From Octopus sinensis (lineage: Eukaryota): a DNA stretch of 64,000 bases. Below, piece by piece: positions 47,380-59,936 of this stretch; position 1 is the first letter of the stretch, and every line of letters starts with the position of its first letter. The notes beneath the pieces were generated by a model, which saw only the letters and a list, made by a program, of their open reading frames with translations, was not told the origin of the DNA and ran no database searches. The DNA is taken from NCBI RefSeq assembly GCF_006345805.1, contig NC_043006.1, positions 17,794,001 to 17,858,000 on the forward strand, given 5' to 3'. The position numbers and the translations under genes are program-made.

Positions 47380-47597
47380 CAACAGGGTATTTAAAAGTTC
47401 CTGGTTTTAAGGGCATCATGAAATGCCTGGTTGGAGGCCCAACTTTCCAAGTTCTTTTACAAAGCTTAGAAAAACTGAAGGACCACTGCAATAAGTGTGT
47501 GAGTCTCAGAGGGGAGTATGTTGAATAAAATCATAATTAACTGATCCTTCTGTATTTTCTTTTACTCAAAGCTAGGAACTTTTCGTCACCCTGTCGT
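47380..47597 (+). mobile_element. mariner-derived MITE, copy 2
   Basis: Homologous to copy 1; LEKLKDHCNKCVSLRGEYVE*. Confidence 0.75.
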
Positions 47598-49162
47598 ACA
47601 ATAGTTAGAATTTAACTTTTAGCAAATTTCTTAGTACTTATACAAAATGATGAGATGAATAGTAATTTTCAATAGAAAATATTTATTACCTCAAAATTGA
47701 ATAAATTTTTCATTTGTATATTTGCAACAAACATGTGTTGTGACTTTTCAGTATAATTGCAATCTATTCCATTGAAAAAAAAAAAAAACTTATCTCTTGC
47801 AAAATTTCAGTCACAAAAAATGTGTATTTTTCAGAAAATTATGAGACATTAATCTTGTACCTCTTGTGTTAAGTCTCTCTTTTACTGTCTCCCTTCCTGT
47901 CTCTTTAGAATGTAAAATGTGACTGAAGAAATCAACCAACAAACCAATTGACCAACATGTTTATGTTGGCTATTAATGAATAGACGCTTATTTTTATAAC
48001 CCTAGCCAGTTGTATTTGAACACGGTTACAATATAGAGGCGGCCAATAAAATCAAGCACTTATTTCATTGCATTTCTTGAGTGTTGCCATCTTGTCTTTA
48101 TTAAAAAGTTGTTTTAAATATTTAACTCAACTATGTCAAATTTTAAAGGTGATCAGGATTGCAATTACATAGAAGCTCCTTCGTTGACTCCAGAACCGTG
48201 TGATTCTAATCAGACGAAGCAATTAGAGTTAGTGGGTAATGATTAAAAATAATAGTACTGCTGCAAGACAATTGTGCAAACCAAATCAATATGAATGTGC
48301 AGGCCATTAAAGTATGGGTGATAATGAACAAAAATTTTTTTTTTTTTTTTGGTTTTCTTATTAGAATTAGAGTTGGATTTTTCTTTTTTTTTTTTAATGC
48401 ATACATAAACATAAAAGATTTATATTTTTAGTATTTCCATATGGAAATATTAATTCACTTAAGAGTTGTTTGAAGTTTTTGTTATTTCATTATGAAATGA
48501 AGAATACTTCTAAAACAACAACAACAACAACAACTATTATTATTATCATCATCATCATCATCATCGTCGTCGTTGTTCATGTTTTTAATTATATTATTTC
48601 TCTTTTATGTTTGTCATGTGATGTCAGATTTTTAGAATCCCTGACAAAAAGAAAAGAAAAAATGAAAAAAACATACAAAGAAGGAAAAATATTGTTCTAA
48701 ACTTTATTACCCAATTAGTTTGTGCCAGTCTAATAATTATGGCAAGTATCATCATTGGGAACATAATTTGGTAAAATGGAAAACCTAAAACTGCTATATG
48801 GAGATGACACACTGAACTAAACTTCATTGTTGTTGCTGCTGTTGTTTATTGTTGTTTGTGTGATTTATCAATGTTGTTTGCATCTACAGATTGTCTTTCA
48901 CTGAAATAGTTATGTTACAAAATACAAAGAATGGTCTTTTTTTTTGTTTTGTTTTTATATTATGTTCTTGTCTCCTTTTAAAGACATTTGGTGAATTACC
49001 TATGTCGTTAAGCTACTCTTCTATTAAGTGTTGGTGTTTCTGAAGTCATTTCTGAAATCTATTAATGTCAACCATTACTATATTACCTGAGCTCTACTGT
49101 TAGTAGCAGCAGTAGCCACGATAGTATTGATAGAAAATTGGATGTATCATCACCTGTTGCAG

Positions 49163-49294
49163 CTTGAATACTTAATTTCTACTGCAAAATGCAAACGGGG
49201 CAGCCCACTTGTTCCATTTAAAGGGAGTATGGATAGCTTTTCTAAGGAAGCATCACATAGTGATATGGGTTCATCTGAATTAGCTGTTTTAATG
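49163..49294 (+). CDS. Candidate additional TRPM exon (cassette or alternative first exon)
   Basis: Open 132-nt frame LEYLISTAKCKRGSPLVPFKGSMDSFSKEASHSDMGSSELAVLM between cctgttgcAG (49161-62) and ATG|GTAAGT (49295). Phase 0/0 fits exons D and E. No homology recognised. Confidence 0.4.
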
Positions 49295-49854
49295 GTAAGT
49301 GGTCATGACAACATCATTCTCTCTTTCTCTCTCTCCTTCACTCTCTCTCTCTCTCTCTCTCTCACTCACACACACTCTCCCTCAATTCCTTTCCCTTTCT
49401 ATTTCTAATTCTGTGGATTCCTTCTCTTTCGTATCAGTTTCTATGTTTTGCTTTTTCTTAAAATGAAGTTAAAATGAAGACTGCTTTTACTACCATATAA
49501 ATACTCATAATTCTCTCCTATATATTGATTTTTTTGTGTCATCCTTTTACCTTTCTGTGTGTTTCCTACACTTTTGTCTTTCTCTTTCTTTCTTTCTCTC
49601 TCTCCCTCTCTTTCATCTGTTTTACTTCTTCCTTGCTCTCCTAATGACTTTGGTCTGGTGCTGTTCAATATTTATGGTGTCTGTCATGATGGTTGTGGGT
49701 GGTTTTGGAATTTCCTAACATTAGTTTTGCATGTGTTCATATTAACAAAGAAAATTAATTGCTTAAAAAAATGGGGGAAAAAAATCTGTTTTTTTTTTTG
49801 TTATTGGAATTATTGATGTATAATGATCCACTGTATTTATGAATTAATATTACA

Positions 49855-50080
49855 GAAGAAGAGGGTGGCAAGCCGGCAAAATCGTTTCTGTGCCTGAAAA
49901 AAAAATGCTCTGTGGCATTTCTTCCAACTTTACATTCTGAATTCAAATGTCACTAGGGTCGATTTTGCCTTTCATCCCTTCCGGGTCGATGAAATAAGTA
50001 TCAGTTGAAAACTGGGGTCGATATAATCGGCATACCCACTACCCTGATTTGCTGGCTTTGTACTAAGACTTGAAACCAAT
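49855..50080 (+). mobile_element. SINE family B
   Basis: ...ctgaattcaaatg...gattttgcctttcatcccttccggggtcgat... Confidence 0.75.
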
Positions 50081-53000
50081 ATTTCAAAAAAAGTGTGACC
50101 GGAACATAATCCTTTACTCACTAACTTTATTTCCCTCAGAATCTGATTGTTTGATTAATTTTTACTCTGTTACCATATTGACTTTGCAACGAGATATTTA
50201 GACGTGTGTTTGTTACAAATTAACCAAAACATATTAACATTGACATGTCAGAAGTCAGAATTGTTAAATCATGTATATTTTGAACTTGCTCTATTGATCC
50301 TTGGATGTTCACTCTCTGATTGGTATCAACCGAGATAGCATTATGTTAATGTAATCATTATAATCATGATTATATCATCTATATCATTTCTTACTCTGTA
50401 GCAGAACATTTGCACTCTTCATGCTTGCATATTTAAAATTGCTTTCTTCACCAGCTCAGTATCCTAATTGATTTCAAAATCAATTTTATGCCAGGCACAA
50501 ATGTTTTATGGATACCGACATCAGTAAACACTAAATTATCATAACTGTCACCATTATTATAATTATATAATCATGATTCTTCGAGATTCTTGTATTGTAT
50601 TGCTGCTATAGTTTGATTTATACTTGATTAGGTATTTGAAGTTGTGGACAAATATCTTAAAAGGCCTTTTGTTGCTTCTTTTGTCGGTTCTTCCAATTAT
50701 ACCCGTTGTACTAGATTTGCTTCCTTTTGTACTTTCATGAATTCCATGCATGTATTTACAAAATTTTTAATCAAGTCTGTCTTCCTACACAGAACTTATT
50801 CTCAGACCAAAACACCCACTCACAAACTTTCAATACCAAAACCAATTGTAGTATTTAATGAGAAATTTTGTGTTTGTTTTTGATAATAGGATCAAGAAGA
50901 GAAAAAAAAAATTATTCCAATCTAGTATAACTGAAAATAGAATATTTGAATATGGTTATCATAATGCTTGAACTGCGAAACAAAGATATCATTATTTGTT
51001 AATTAGCTCTAATTCTTAATTGACTTAACATGGAATCATACATACACACACACACACACACTCTCTCACATCTATGTATAAATATAAGTACTTGTACATT
51101 TTTGTCTGTGTGTGCACAACTGTACCTATCTCCCCAAGACATTCCCACTACCCATCGTCTTTCTCGCTACAGAAATCCTTCGACTAACATGGGTGTTACG
51201 TTCCAAAATCTCCCACAGAAATAATTAAAATCTAAAAGAATATAAATACCTATCGGCTGCAATATACTGAAGAGTCCATGATGTACTGAGTACATGATAG
51301 GTGAACCGCAATATCGCGAGGGATTACTGTTCATTACTCTGCTGCAGTAATAAAATATGATCAGAATTCCATGCGTCACCTTTTCCCTGATACCACTTAC
51401 CCCGTGCCCTTCTTAGTATCCCAAACCATCTCAACCCCACCCAATTTTTACAGTTGTTACCTACTCTTCCCTATCACCACACTTTCGCCCTCTTACCTAT
51501 TCCTTCCCACCAACCATTTCTCACTCTCCTGTACTCTTTAATCTCCACCCTACCCACACTTCATGATTCCCTTGCTCCCGCTCACTTTTTCTCACCTGTA
51601 TTTATATCTCCAGTTCCATCCCAACCGTTTCCAACTTTTTCTTTTTATATAATATGAGTTATCATGTAGCTATCCACCCCTACAGCAAAAAACTTCTTCT
51701 GTTATGGGTCCCTTCATCTCATAGCATAATGCTTTCCTCTCTATTACAGCCACACCCATTTGAAAGGATGCTGGTATTGCAGGCTACATGGCAACCTCAC
51801 TAGTGCTGGTGCCACAAAAAAAGCACCCTGTAAATGCTGTAAAGTGTGTACTGGGAAGGACATACTGCTGTAGAAACTATACCAAAATATACATTGAGCA
51901 TTAAATAGTCTTCAAATACATCAGATCCAGTCAAGCCCTCCAACCCATTGACAGTAAATGATGATAATGATGTCTACTTACACACACACACAACACACAC
52001 ACACACACACACAACACACACACAAGCATATGTATATATAGATACACACATGTATTCCTATGTATATGTCATTTGTGTATTTGTTATTTTTTTCCTTAAT
52101 GTAATAATTGTGTTGAAGTGAATGCAGTTGTATTTTAGAAATGTCATACTACCAATAAAACACATATGCTGGTTATAATTCACTTTATTTTTTATTACCA
52201 ATTAATTAGGAAGGCAACACAGGAGAGCAATGTTTTAACAGGTGTATTAGTTTAATACTTAGAAATGAAGGTAATGAGTTTTGATGTTTCAGACATATTG
52301 TCCTTCATCAGAAGAAATAAAAGAATGAGAAAAGGTGGTAGGTAGGGAAAGAAAAGAAAATTGTTAGGAGCCAAGTGAAAATGCAGTTCCTTAGGGGAGA
52401 ATTAAGAAAGAAGCAGGTGTGATGCTGTATGCATGTGTAGGAAGATATACAAGTATAGGGACGGACATTGGCTGAAGTATGGATTGCATGTGCTTCGGTG
52501 GGGGCTGTGTGTGTGAATATATCAGTATGTATGTAAATATATATCAGTATGTATGTAGATATATATATTTATCAATATATATGCATGTGTATGTATATGT
52601 GCTTATATGTATATGTGCACACACTCGTACACTATACGTGAAAGTGTGGCTAAATAGTTAAGAAGCTTGCTTCCCAATCATGTGGCTTTTGGGTTCAGTT
52701 CCACTACCTGGCATCTTGAGCAAGTATCTTCTACAATAGCCCTATGCTAGTCAAACTTTCATGAGTGGTTGTGGTGGGTGGAAACTGAAGGATACCCAGG
52801 TGTATATCTGTTTGTACTTTTGTTTACATTTAGCTTGCTGCTGCAAAAATTGCAGTATACATTCAGTGTTGTCACTTTTTTTGTCAAATTATTCGCTTAC
52901 TTTGCATCTTTGAAGTCCAGTGAAATAAGATATTACTTATGTAGAAAGCGGGAAGGGTATCCTACTGTAAAAACAGTGTCTCTATAATATAGTCATCTAA

Positions 53001-53416
53001 CTCATGCAGCCATGGAAAAACAGATGTAAAAACATACAAAAAGATATTCAAAAACCTCTGTATGCCTTGTACAACCATGGATCCACAGAGGAATTTTCCT
53101 CAAGGTACAGGTTTGGGCAAGGTTTTTTTTTTCTTTTTTATGCAGGACCAGAAGTTTCCCATGTAGTAAGTCTCTCATCTGTACACCACTGATAATGTCC
53201 AAGGGGTAGGCAAAGGCTGTTACATTTTGGTGCCAGTGCTTTTGAAGACATTACTCTTAGAATGGAATGATCTCTAGAATATTTTCCAAGATATCTCATT
53301 TGATGCTATAGCTATTCTGCCAACCTACCAGATTGTGTGTGTATGGAAGGTTTATTGACAGATTACCCTTCCAAGAGGTACAATTGTATGTTTGTGTGTG
53401 TGTGTATTTATGTATA

Positions 53417-53464
<48 letters not shown>

Positions 53465-53682
53465 TCATCACTCTGTATAAGGCCACCTCCCTCAATACTA
53501 GACCCTTTGCATTTGACAAGTCTTGTGTTGCATGTTATATGGTGACCTTGCCAGTGCCAACACCATGTACAAAGCGCCTAGTGCACTCTATAAAGCAGTT
53601 GGCATTAGGAAGGCATTGAACTGTAAAAACCATTCCAAAGCACACATTGAATCGTGCTTTCTTGGTGGCAAGAGTGTAACAC

Positions 53683-53900
53683 TTAAGGCGGTGAGCTGGG
53701 AGAAATGCTTAGCAGTATTTCGTCTGCCGTTACGTTCTGAGTTCAAATTCCGCTGAGGTCGCCTTTGCCTTTCATCCTTTCAGGGTCAATAAATTAAGTA
53801 CCAGTAGCACACTGGGGTCAATGTAATCGACTTAATCCCTTTATCTGTCCTTATTTGTCCTCTCTATGTGTAGCCCCTTGTGAGCAATAAAGAAATAAGA
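53683..53900 (+). mobile_element. SINE family B
   Basis: taaggcggtgagctggg...agccccttgtgagcaataaagaaataag. Confidence 0.85.
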
Positions 53901-54289
53901 GTGCAACACTTTGAAAAGGGTGCAGATGCAGGTATTTGCATGAATCTACATGTGTATATTAGTGAGTATTAATCTTGAGAGCTTGCTCTGGCAACCCATC
54001 ACTACCATCTCTCTTCTTCGTCTTCCCAATTACTACTACTCACTCTTATAATGCGGGGTAGACATATATCTCCTCTTATAGCAAGATACCTGTGTTTGTT
54101 CTATCATAGTTTAAGCATCTTAGCACCTGGCATAAAGCCACCTACCCCTTGTTGATGCCCACCTCCTCATCAGACACTTAGTCACAAGGTTTTTGTTACC
54201 TTTTCTTTTTCTCCTCACTGGTGCTTGTGGCACAAAAAACATACCCAGTACACACTGTAAGATGTTTGGCATTAAGAAGGGCATTAAAC

Positions 54290-54585
54290 TCTCGAAAGAG
54301 CTCTTCTTCACTCTTGCTCCAGAGTGTCGGATGCGGGGTCACTCCGCAAAGCTCTATCTGCGACGATTTCATCTCAATCGAAGGAGAGGGGCTTTCTCCG
54401 TCCGGGTTGCGGATCCGTGGAATAAGCTGCCAGACGAGATAGTGAAGATGCCGACGACCACTCGGTTCAAAGTCTCTCTTGACCAGAAATGGCCTGAACT
54501 CTTTGAATGAACACCCTCCCTGTACATAACTCCATGTCCCCCTACATGGCCTTGCTTTTTGAGCCAAAAACTTAACTTAAACTCT
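54290..54585 (+). mobile_element. CR1 LINE 3' end, sense to the host gene
   Basis: RMRGHSAKLYLRRFHLNRRRGAFSVRVADPWNKLPDEIV...FKVSLD, then a 3' UTR and cttaacttaa tail. Confidence 0.9.
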
Positions 54586-54789
54586 AAAAAAACATGCCAA
54601 GGCTAACACTGGATGTTGGCACAGCCCTGCAGCTTGCTGGATACTATTGAAGCATCCAACCCAAGCCAACATGGAGAAGAGATGTTAAATGATGAGGAGG
54701 ATATATGTGAGTATAGGTGTGAGTATAAGTGAGTATACATATGATTTGTTGTTTTTCAACCCTTTTCTTTCTTTCACTTCACTCAACAG

Positions 54790-54924
54790 GAAGGATCCCT
54801 GGAGCAAGCTATGATGGATGCACTGATCAATGACCGAGTTGATTTTGTTAAACTCCTTCTGGAGAATGGCGTTAGCATGAGAACATTTCTCACTATTCCA
54901 CGACTTGAAGAACTCTATAATACG
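54790..54924 (+). CDS. trpm: TRPM exon E (135 nt, phase 0 to 0)
   Basis: Acceptor ctcaacAG at 54788-89, donor GTaagg at 54925. Encodes [45 protein letters not shown]. Confidence 0.96.
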
Positions 54925-55377
54925 GTAAGGCACTATTCTGTTATTTGCTTTTTGCATTTACTTCATTTATCTCATTTCAGTTTCTGTTTACCAAATCCAT
55001 TCACAAGGCTTTGGTTAGCCTGGCATATAGTCGAAGATGCTTGCCCAATGTGCCATGCAGTGGGGTTGAACTAAAAACCATATTAGCAAATTTCTTAACC
55101 ACAGAGCTAAGCTTGCACTTTACACTATAGCCCAATATTTGTGTGTATAAAAATGGTGATGGTGATATTTTGTGTTTATAAAATAATGTATTTACCATCC
55201 TATGTAAATCCCATATCATAGAGTCTTTAACAGCAATGTGCTGCCAGTTGCTAGAACCCTTACCTACCTTATTAATGCATTATTATTAAGGTAGCAGGCT
55301 GGCAGAATCGTTAGCATGCCAGGCGAAATGCTTAGCAGTATTTTGTTTGTCTTTACGTTCTGAGTTCAAATTCTGGC

Positions 55378-55660
55378 AAATTCTTTTACAGCATACTTGC
55401 CTCATCTTCTCTTTCATGCTTGAATTTTGAATGCCAGAACCTTCATTTTATAGGTTTGTTCCTGCTCAAGTGCTTTCATAACTGTGCTGAACATAGCTGA
55501 ATTTGAGGTTTTCAATTTCCCTTACTTGACAATGGGCTTGGTACACTTACCAATACCAAACTCTATCCCAATATCATCACTGAATACTTTCACAAGGCAT
55601 ACTAAGCCTTCAAGCTGATCATTGTCTTTGCCATAAAGTTTTATGTCATTCACATAAAAT
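55378..55660 (-). mobile_element. R4/Dong RT core fragment
   Basis: Minus strand YVNDIKLYGKDNDQLEGLVCLVKVFSDDIGIEFGIGKC (degenerate YxDD motif). Confidence 0.85.
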
Positions 55661-56147
55661 GTTTTATTTTTTTGTCAATTTTATAACCGTATGAGTGTGT
55701 TTTGTGTCTGTGTGTCCTTGTCTTTATATCACATGATAGTTGTAAATCAGTACCATTGTCATATCATACAGACAGTGTCAGTTATTTCCAATATTCTGCA
55801 AAAACATGTATGACCATGGGCAAATATTACTTTGCTTGGAAATAGGTGAAGGTTGGTGACAGGAAGGGCATCCAACCATAGAAAACCTGCCTTAATAAAC
55901 TCAATCCCAGCCATGAAAGCAGGGAAAAATGGATGTTAAAACAATGATCAATTGAAGTTGAAAAGGTTGAGGTTCAACCTGCAGACACAGCTAAACAAAC
56001 TTCAGGATTACTGTTGTTGCTTAAATATCATTTCATGCTTAAGATTAGCTAATGCATTGTTAGTTGAAGTTGAACCTCTTCTACTTGAGCTCTCATTGTT
56101 ATCATTATTATGCAAAATGTAATCAGTTTAAAAACAATTTCATAACC

Positions 56148-56374
56148 TTAACCCTTTAGCCTTCTGATTATTTTGTCAAATGTAATGGTTATTTATTCTC
56201 TTTGTTTTGAATAATCATGTATTATCTTGTAACTTCAAGATTTTGATGACATGGTTGTATATTTTTAGAATTAAATTTTAGGTTAGGTGTGATAGATGGG
56301 ATCTGGCTGATTTGAGTGTAAAACAGGTAGAATATTTGGGCCAGATATGGCCAGATTAAATGCTAAAGAGTCAA
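56148..56374. mobile_element. piggyBac-type MITE
   Basis: TTAA|CCCTTTAGC...GCTAAAGAG|TCAA. Confidence 0.75.
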
Positions 56375-56431
56375 AGAAAGCAATTCAGTTTGGTTCTTCT
56401 GTTCTCAAGCTGGAGTTAAATTCTTATATAA

Positions 56432-56815
56432 ATCATCATCATCATCGTTTAATGACCGTTTTCCATGCTAGCATGGGTTGGACAGTTCGACCAGGGTCTG
56501 GGAAGCCAGGAGGTTGCACCAGGCTCCAGTCTGATCTGGCAGTGTTTCTACAGTTGGATGCCCTTCCTAACGCCAACCACTCCGTGAGTGTAGCGGGTGC
56601 TTTTTACATGCCACCGGCACAGGTGAAAAGGGAGGCTGGAAACAGCCACGATCGGTTGGTGGTTTTTATGTGCCACCGACACGGAAGCCAGTCATCGGCC
56701 ATGTATGGATGGTGCTTTTTAGGTGCCACCAGCACAGGTGCCAGGGTAGGCTGGCAACAGCCACGAATGGTTGGTGCTTTTTACGTGCCACCGGCTTGGA
56801 AGCCAGTCGAGGCGG
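56432..56815 (-). mobile_element. SINE family C with three or more internal repeat units
   Basis: atcatcatc tail; repeated tttttacgtgccaccggc. Confidence 0.9.
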
Positions 56816-57849
56816 CGGGATTTACTGATTAAAATATTTGTCAATATATCATTGATATATCTGACAATTTTATCTATTAAATATTTGTTGCTTTAATGTC
56901 TTTTATCATATTTCTGTTGAAATTCGCTGCCTTTGTTTCAATAAATTTTGATTGAATTTAGCAAAAAAAAAAAAAGAAAAACCTTGCCATTATTAAGCTC
57001 TGGTTTTGAATATAAATTAACATGAAATTTTGATGGAAAGTTTCAACTTCAATCACTTCAAATCAGGATGTATATCATAGAACCAGTAGCATTCACAGGC
57101 AGGGGCTGGAATCATTTGGGTGAAAATATTTTACTTCAACCATACTGGATATTGGAAATATCACATGGGTATTGATAAATAAAATTAAACAGACCTTATC
57201 AGATGACATCTAAATGTCATATTATTGGATATTCTATCTTAAAAACTTATCTATACACACACACACACACACACACACACATGCATGCATACATGCATGT
57301 GTTTGTGTGTGTATATATTTCCAATGCAGAAATACTTTTGCAATTTTCTTTGCTTGTTTTATATACTTGAAAAATATTTAAAGAACGGATATGCTGTTTT
57401 AGGCATCTTGTTTAATATTTTTTCTTTTTTCATTTTAATACTTTGAAATATTTCATGTTTATGATAATTTATAAATCAATCACCGGCAATCTTTGTACTT
57501 TTCATTTGTTTGTTTGTTTTTGTTTGTTTTATTTTTGTTTTTGTTTTCTAAATAAGAAAATAAAAATTATATTCTCTTCATATTACAACTAACTACAGAA
57601 TGCAATCTCTTATTTTGATTGATCTGATGCTTGTTAACAGACAAACTTCTTTTGGGGGTGAAACAGAAGTACTACCGGTGCTTAGAAATAGTACTTAGTA
57701 ATAAATAAAAGCATGCTTAAACGATGATGATGATTGTAGGGTATGTGCAAGAGGCCAGATCTCACTAGTTTGAACATAAAACAAGTTGGGTATTTGGGCT
57801 GGATATGGTCAGTTTAAATGCTAAATGGTTAACCCTTTAGCATTCATTG

Positions 57850-58180
57850 CGCCAGTGCCGGTGGCACATAAAAGAAGCACCATCCGAACGTGGCCATTGC
57901 CAGCGCCGCCTTGGCTGGCTTCTGTGCCGGTAGCACGTTAAAAGCTCCAACCGATCGTGGCCGATTCCGGACCCCCCTGGCACCTGTGCAGGTGGCACTT
58001 AAAAAGCACCCACTACACTCGCGGAGTGGTTGGCGTTAGGAAGGGCATCCAGCTGTAGAAACTCTGCCAGATCAGACTGGAGCCTGGTGCAGCCCCTGGC
58101 TTCCCAGACCCCGGTCGAACCGTCCAACCCGTGCTAGCGCGGAAAATGGACGTTAAACGATGATGATGATGATGATGATG
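57850..58180 (+). mobile_element. SINE family C
   Basis: Ends ggacgttaaacgatgatgatg; inverted relative to the 56432 copy. Confidence 0.9.
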
Positions 58181-58404
58181 CTACCATAATTACTTCCAGT
58201 TGGTTCACCTGTGTTATCTCACTTTGCAGTGGCTTGTGAAATAATCAATACCATTTCATTTGCTATCATCATTCATTAATTCATGTTTTATGTTCATTTT
58301 CTCTTGTCTTGTGAAGATCTGCCATCATTATATTCTCAATACAATACAGTTATTATTGTTATTAATATTATTAATAACAGCATCGTCATTATTATTATTA
58401 TTAT

Positions 58405-58784
58405 CATTCAGTAGTTTTATTTTTATAGCATGCTTTCACTTCACTACCGAGCACAGCTCTGTGTGCCTTGGGTATGTGCTGTGATTTGTTGTGATGCTCT
58501 GATGGTTATTGTATGGAAAGTGTTCTGTGTAGGATGTGTGCAGTGCCTAGTAGTGCAATTTTCTGTATGTTATATGTGTTTGTAAGTCCTGGTGTTTTTG
58601 TTATGTATTTGTCTGAATATTTTTTTATCATGCCTAATGCACCTACTATGATAGGAATTGTTTCTGTTTTCAGGTTCCACATTCTAGTTACCTCTATTTC
58701 CAGGTCTTTGTATTTTGAGAGTTTCTCCATTTCTTTTAGAGACACGTTGTCATCTGCCGGTATTGATACATCAATTAGAAAGCA

Positions 58785-58794
<10 letters not shown>
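58405..58794 (-). mobile_element. R4/Dong 3' fragment flanked by (TAA)n on both sides
   Basis: KCFLIDVSIPADDNVSLKEMEKLSKYKDLEIEVTRMWNLKTETIPIIVGALG...LGTAHILHRTL*; TTA tracts at 58388-58404 and 58795-58860. Confidence 0.9.
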
Positions 58795-58853
<59 letters not shown>

Positions 58854-58859
58854 TACTAT

Positions 58860-59095
58860 TAGGCAGTGAAGTTGAAGAACCGTTAGCATGTGGGGCAAAA
58901 TGCTGAGCTGAATTTCATTCGTCTTTATGTTCTGAATTCAAAGTTCATCAAGGTTGACTTTGCCTTTCATTCTTTCAGGGTTGACAAAATTAATTACCAG
59001 TTGAGCACTGGGAGCCAATGTAATTAACTAACCTCCTCCCCACAAAATTTCAGACCTTGTGCCTATAGTAGAAAGGATTATTAATATTATTATTG
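58860..59095 (+). mobile_element. SINE family B inserted in the (ATT)n tract
   Basis: taggcagtgaagttgaagaaccgttagc...gaaaggattattaa. Confidence 0.8.
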
Positions 59096-59111
59096 CGATT
59101 AATATTATTAA

Positions 59112-59425
59112 GTGAAGGCGCATGGCTCAGTGGTTAGAGCATCAAGCTTATGATCGTGAGGCTGTGTGTTGTGTTCTTGAGCAAGACACTTTATTTCATG
59201 TTGCTCCAGTTCTCTCAGCTATAGAAGTGAGTTGCGACGTCACTGGTGCCAAGCTCTTTCGGCCCCTTTGCCTTTCCCTTGGATAACACTGGTGGCATGG
59301 AGAGGGGAGGCCGGTATGCATGGGCGACTGCTGGTCTTCCATAAACAACCTTGCCCAGACTTATGCCTGGGAAGGTAACTTTCTAGGTGCAATCCCATGG
59401 TCAGTCACGACCGAAGGGGGGTCTC
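59112..59425 (+). mobile_element. tRNA-headed SINE family D (variant 2)
   Basis: gtgaaggcgcatggctcagtggttagagc A-box head; a reverse head fragment also lies at about 13150-13207. Confidence 0.8.
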
Positions 59426-59700
59426 AGCATAATGTAATCAACTATCCCCCTCCCCTAAAATTTCAGGTTTTGTGCCTATAGTTGAAAGGATTATTATTGT
59501 TGTTATCAAATCGGTAAGCTTGTAGAACCCTTATTGCATCAATCAAATGCTTACAGTGTTTTGTCCGTCCCTTCATTCTAAGTTCAAATTCTGCTTTCCA
59601 TTCTTTTGGGGTCAATAAGATAAGTATCAGCTGAATACTGGGGTCAATGTAATCAACTGTCCCCTCTCCTCCAAAATTTTAGGCCTATAGTAGAAAGGAT

Positions 59701-59936
59701 TCGTCTGGCACCTGTGTCGGTGGCACATAAAATCACCCACTACACTCTCGGAGTGGTTGGCGTTAGGAAGGGCATCCAGCTGTAGAAACACTGCCAGATC
59801 TGACTGGCCTGGTGCAGCCTTCGGGCTCCCCAGACCCCAGTTGAACCGTCCAACCCATGCTAGCCTGGAAAGCGGACGTTAAACGATGATGATTATTATT
59901 ATTATTATTATCATCATCATCATCATCATCATCATA
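59701..59936 (+). mobile_element. SINE family C, 5'-truncated, appended to a SINE B tail
   Basis: Starts directly after gtagaaaggat. Confidence 0.85.

Larger units (their letters stand above)
15650..54924 (+). other. trpm: Partial TRPM-family (TRPM3/trpm-like) cation channel gene, N-terminal MHR region; gene continues beyond both window edges
   Basis: Five exons join in frame with matching phases (1|2|0|1|0|0) to give [210 protein letters not shown]. This is recognisably collinear with TRPM1/3/6/7 and fly trpm (recognised from memory, no search run). Confidence 0.95.

Noticed and set aside
12242-59425. tRNA genes
   Set aside because: The A/B-box-like sequences are heads of tRNA-derived SINEs continuing into SINE bodies; no complete cloverleaf was seen.
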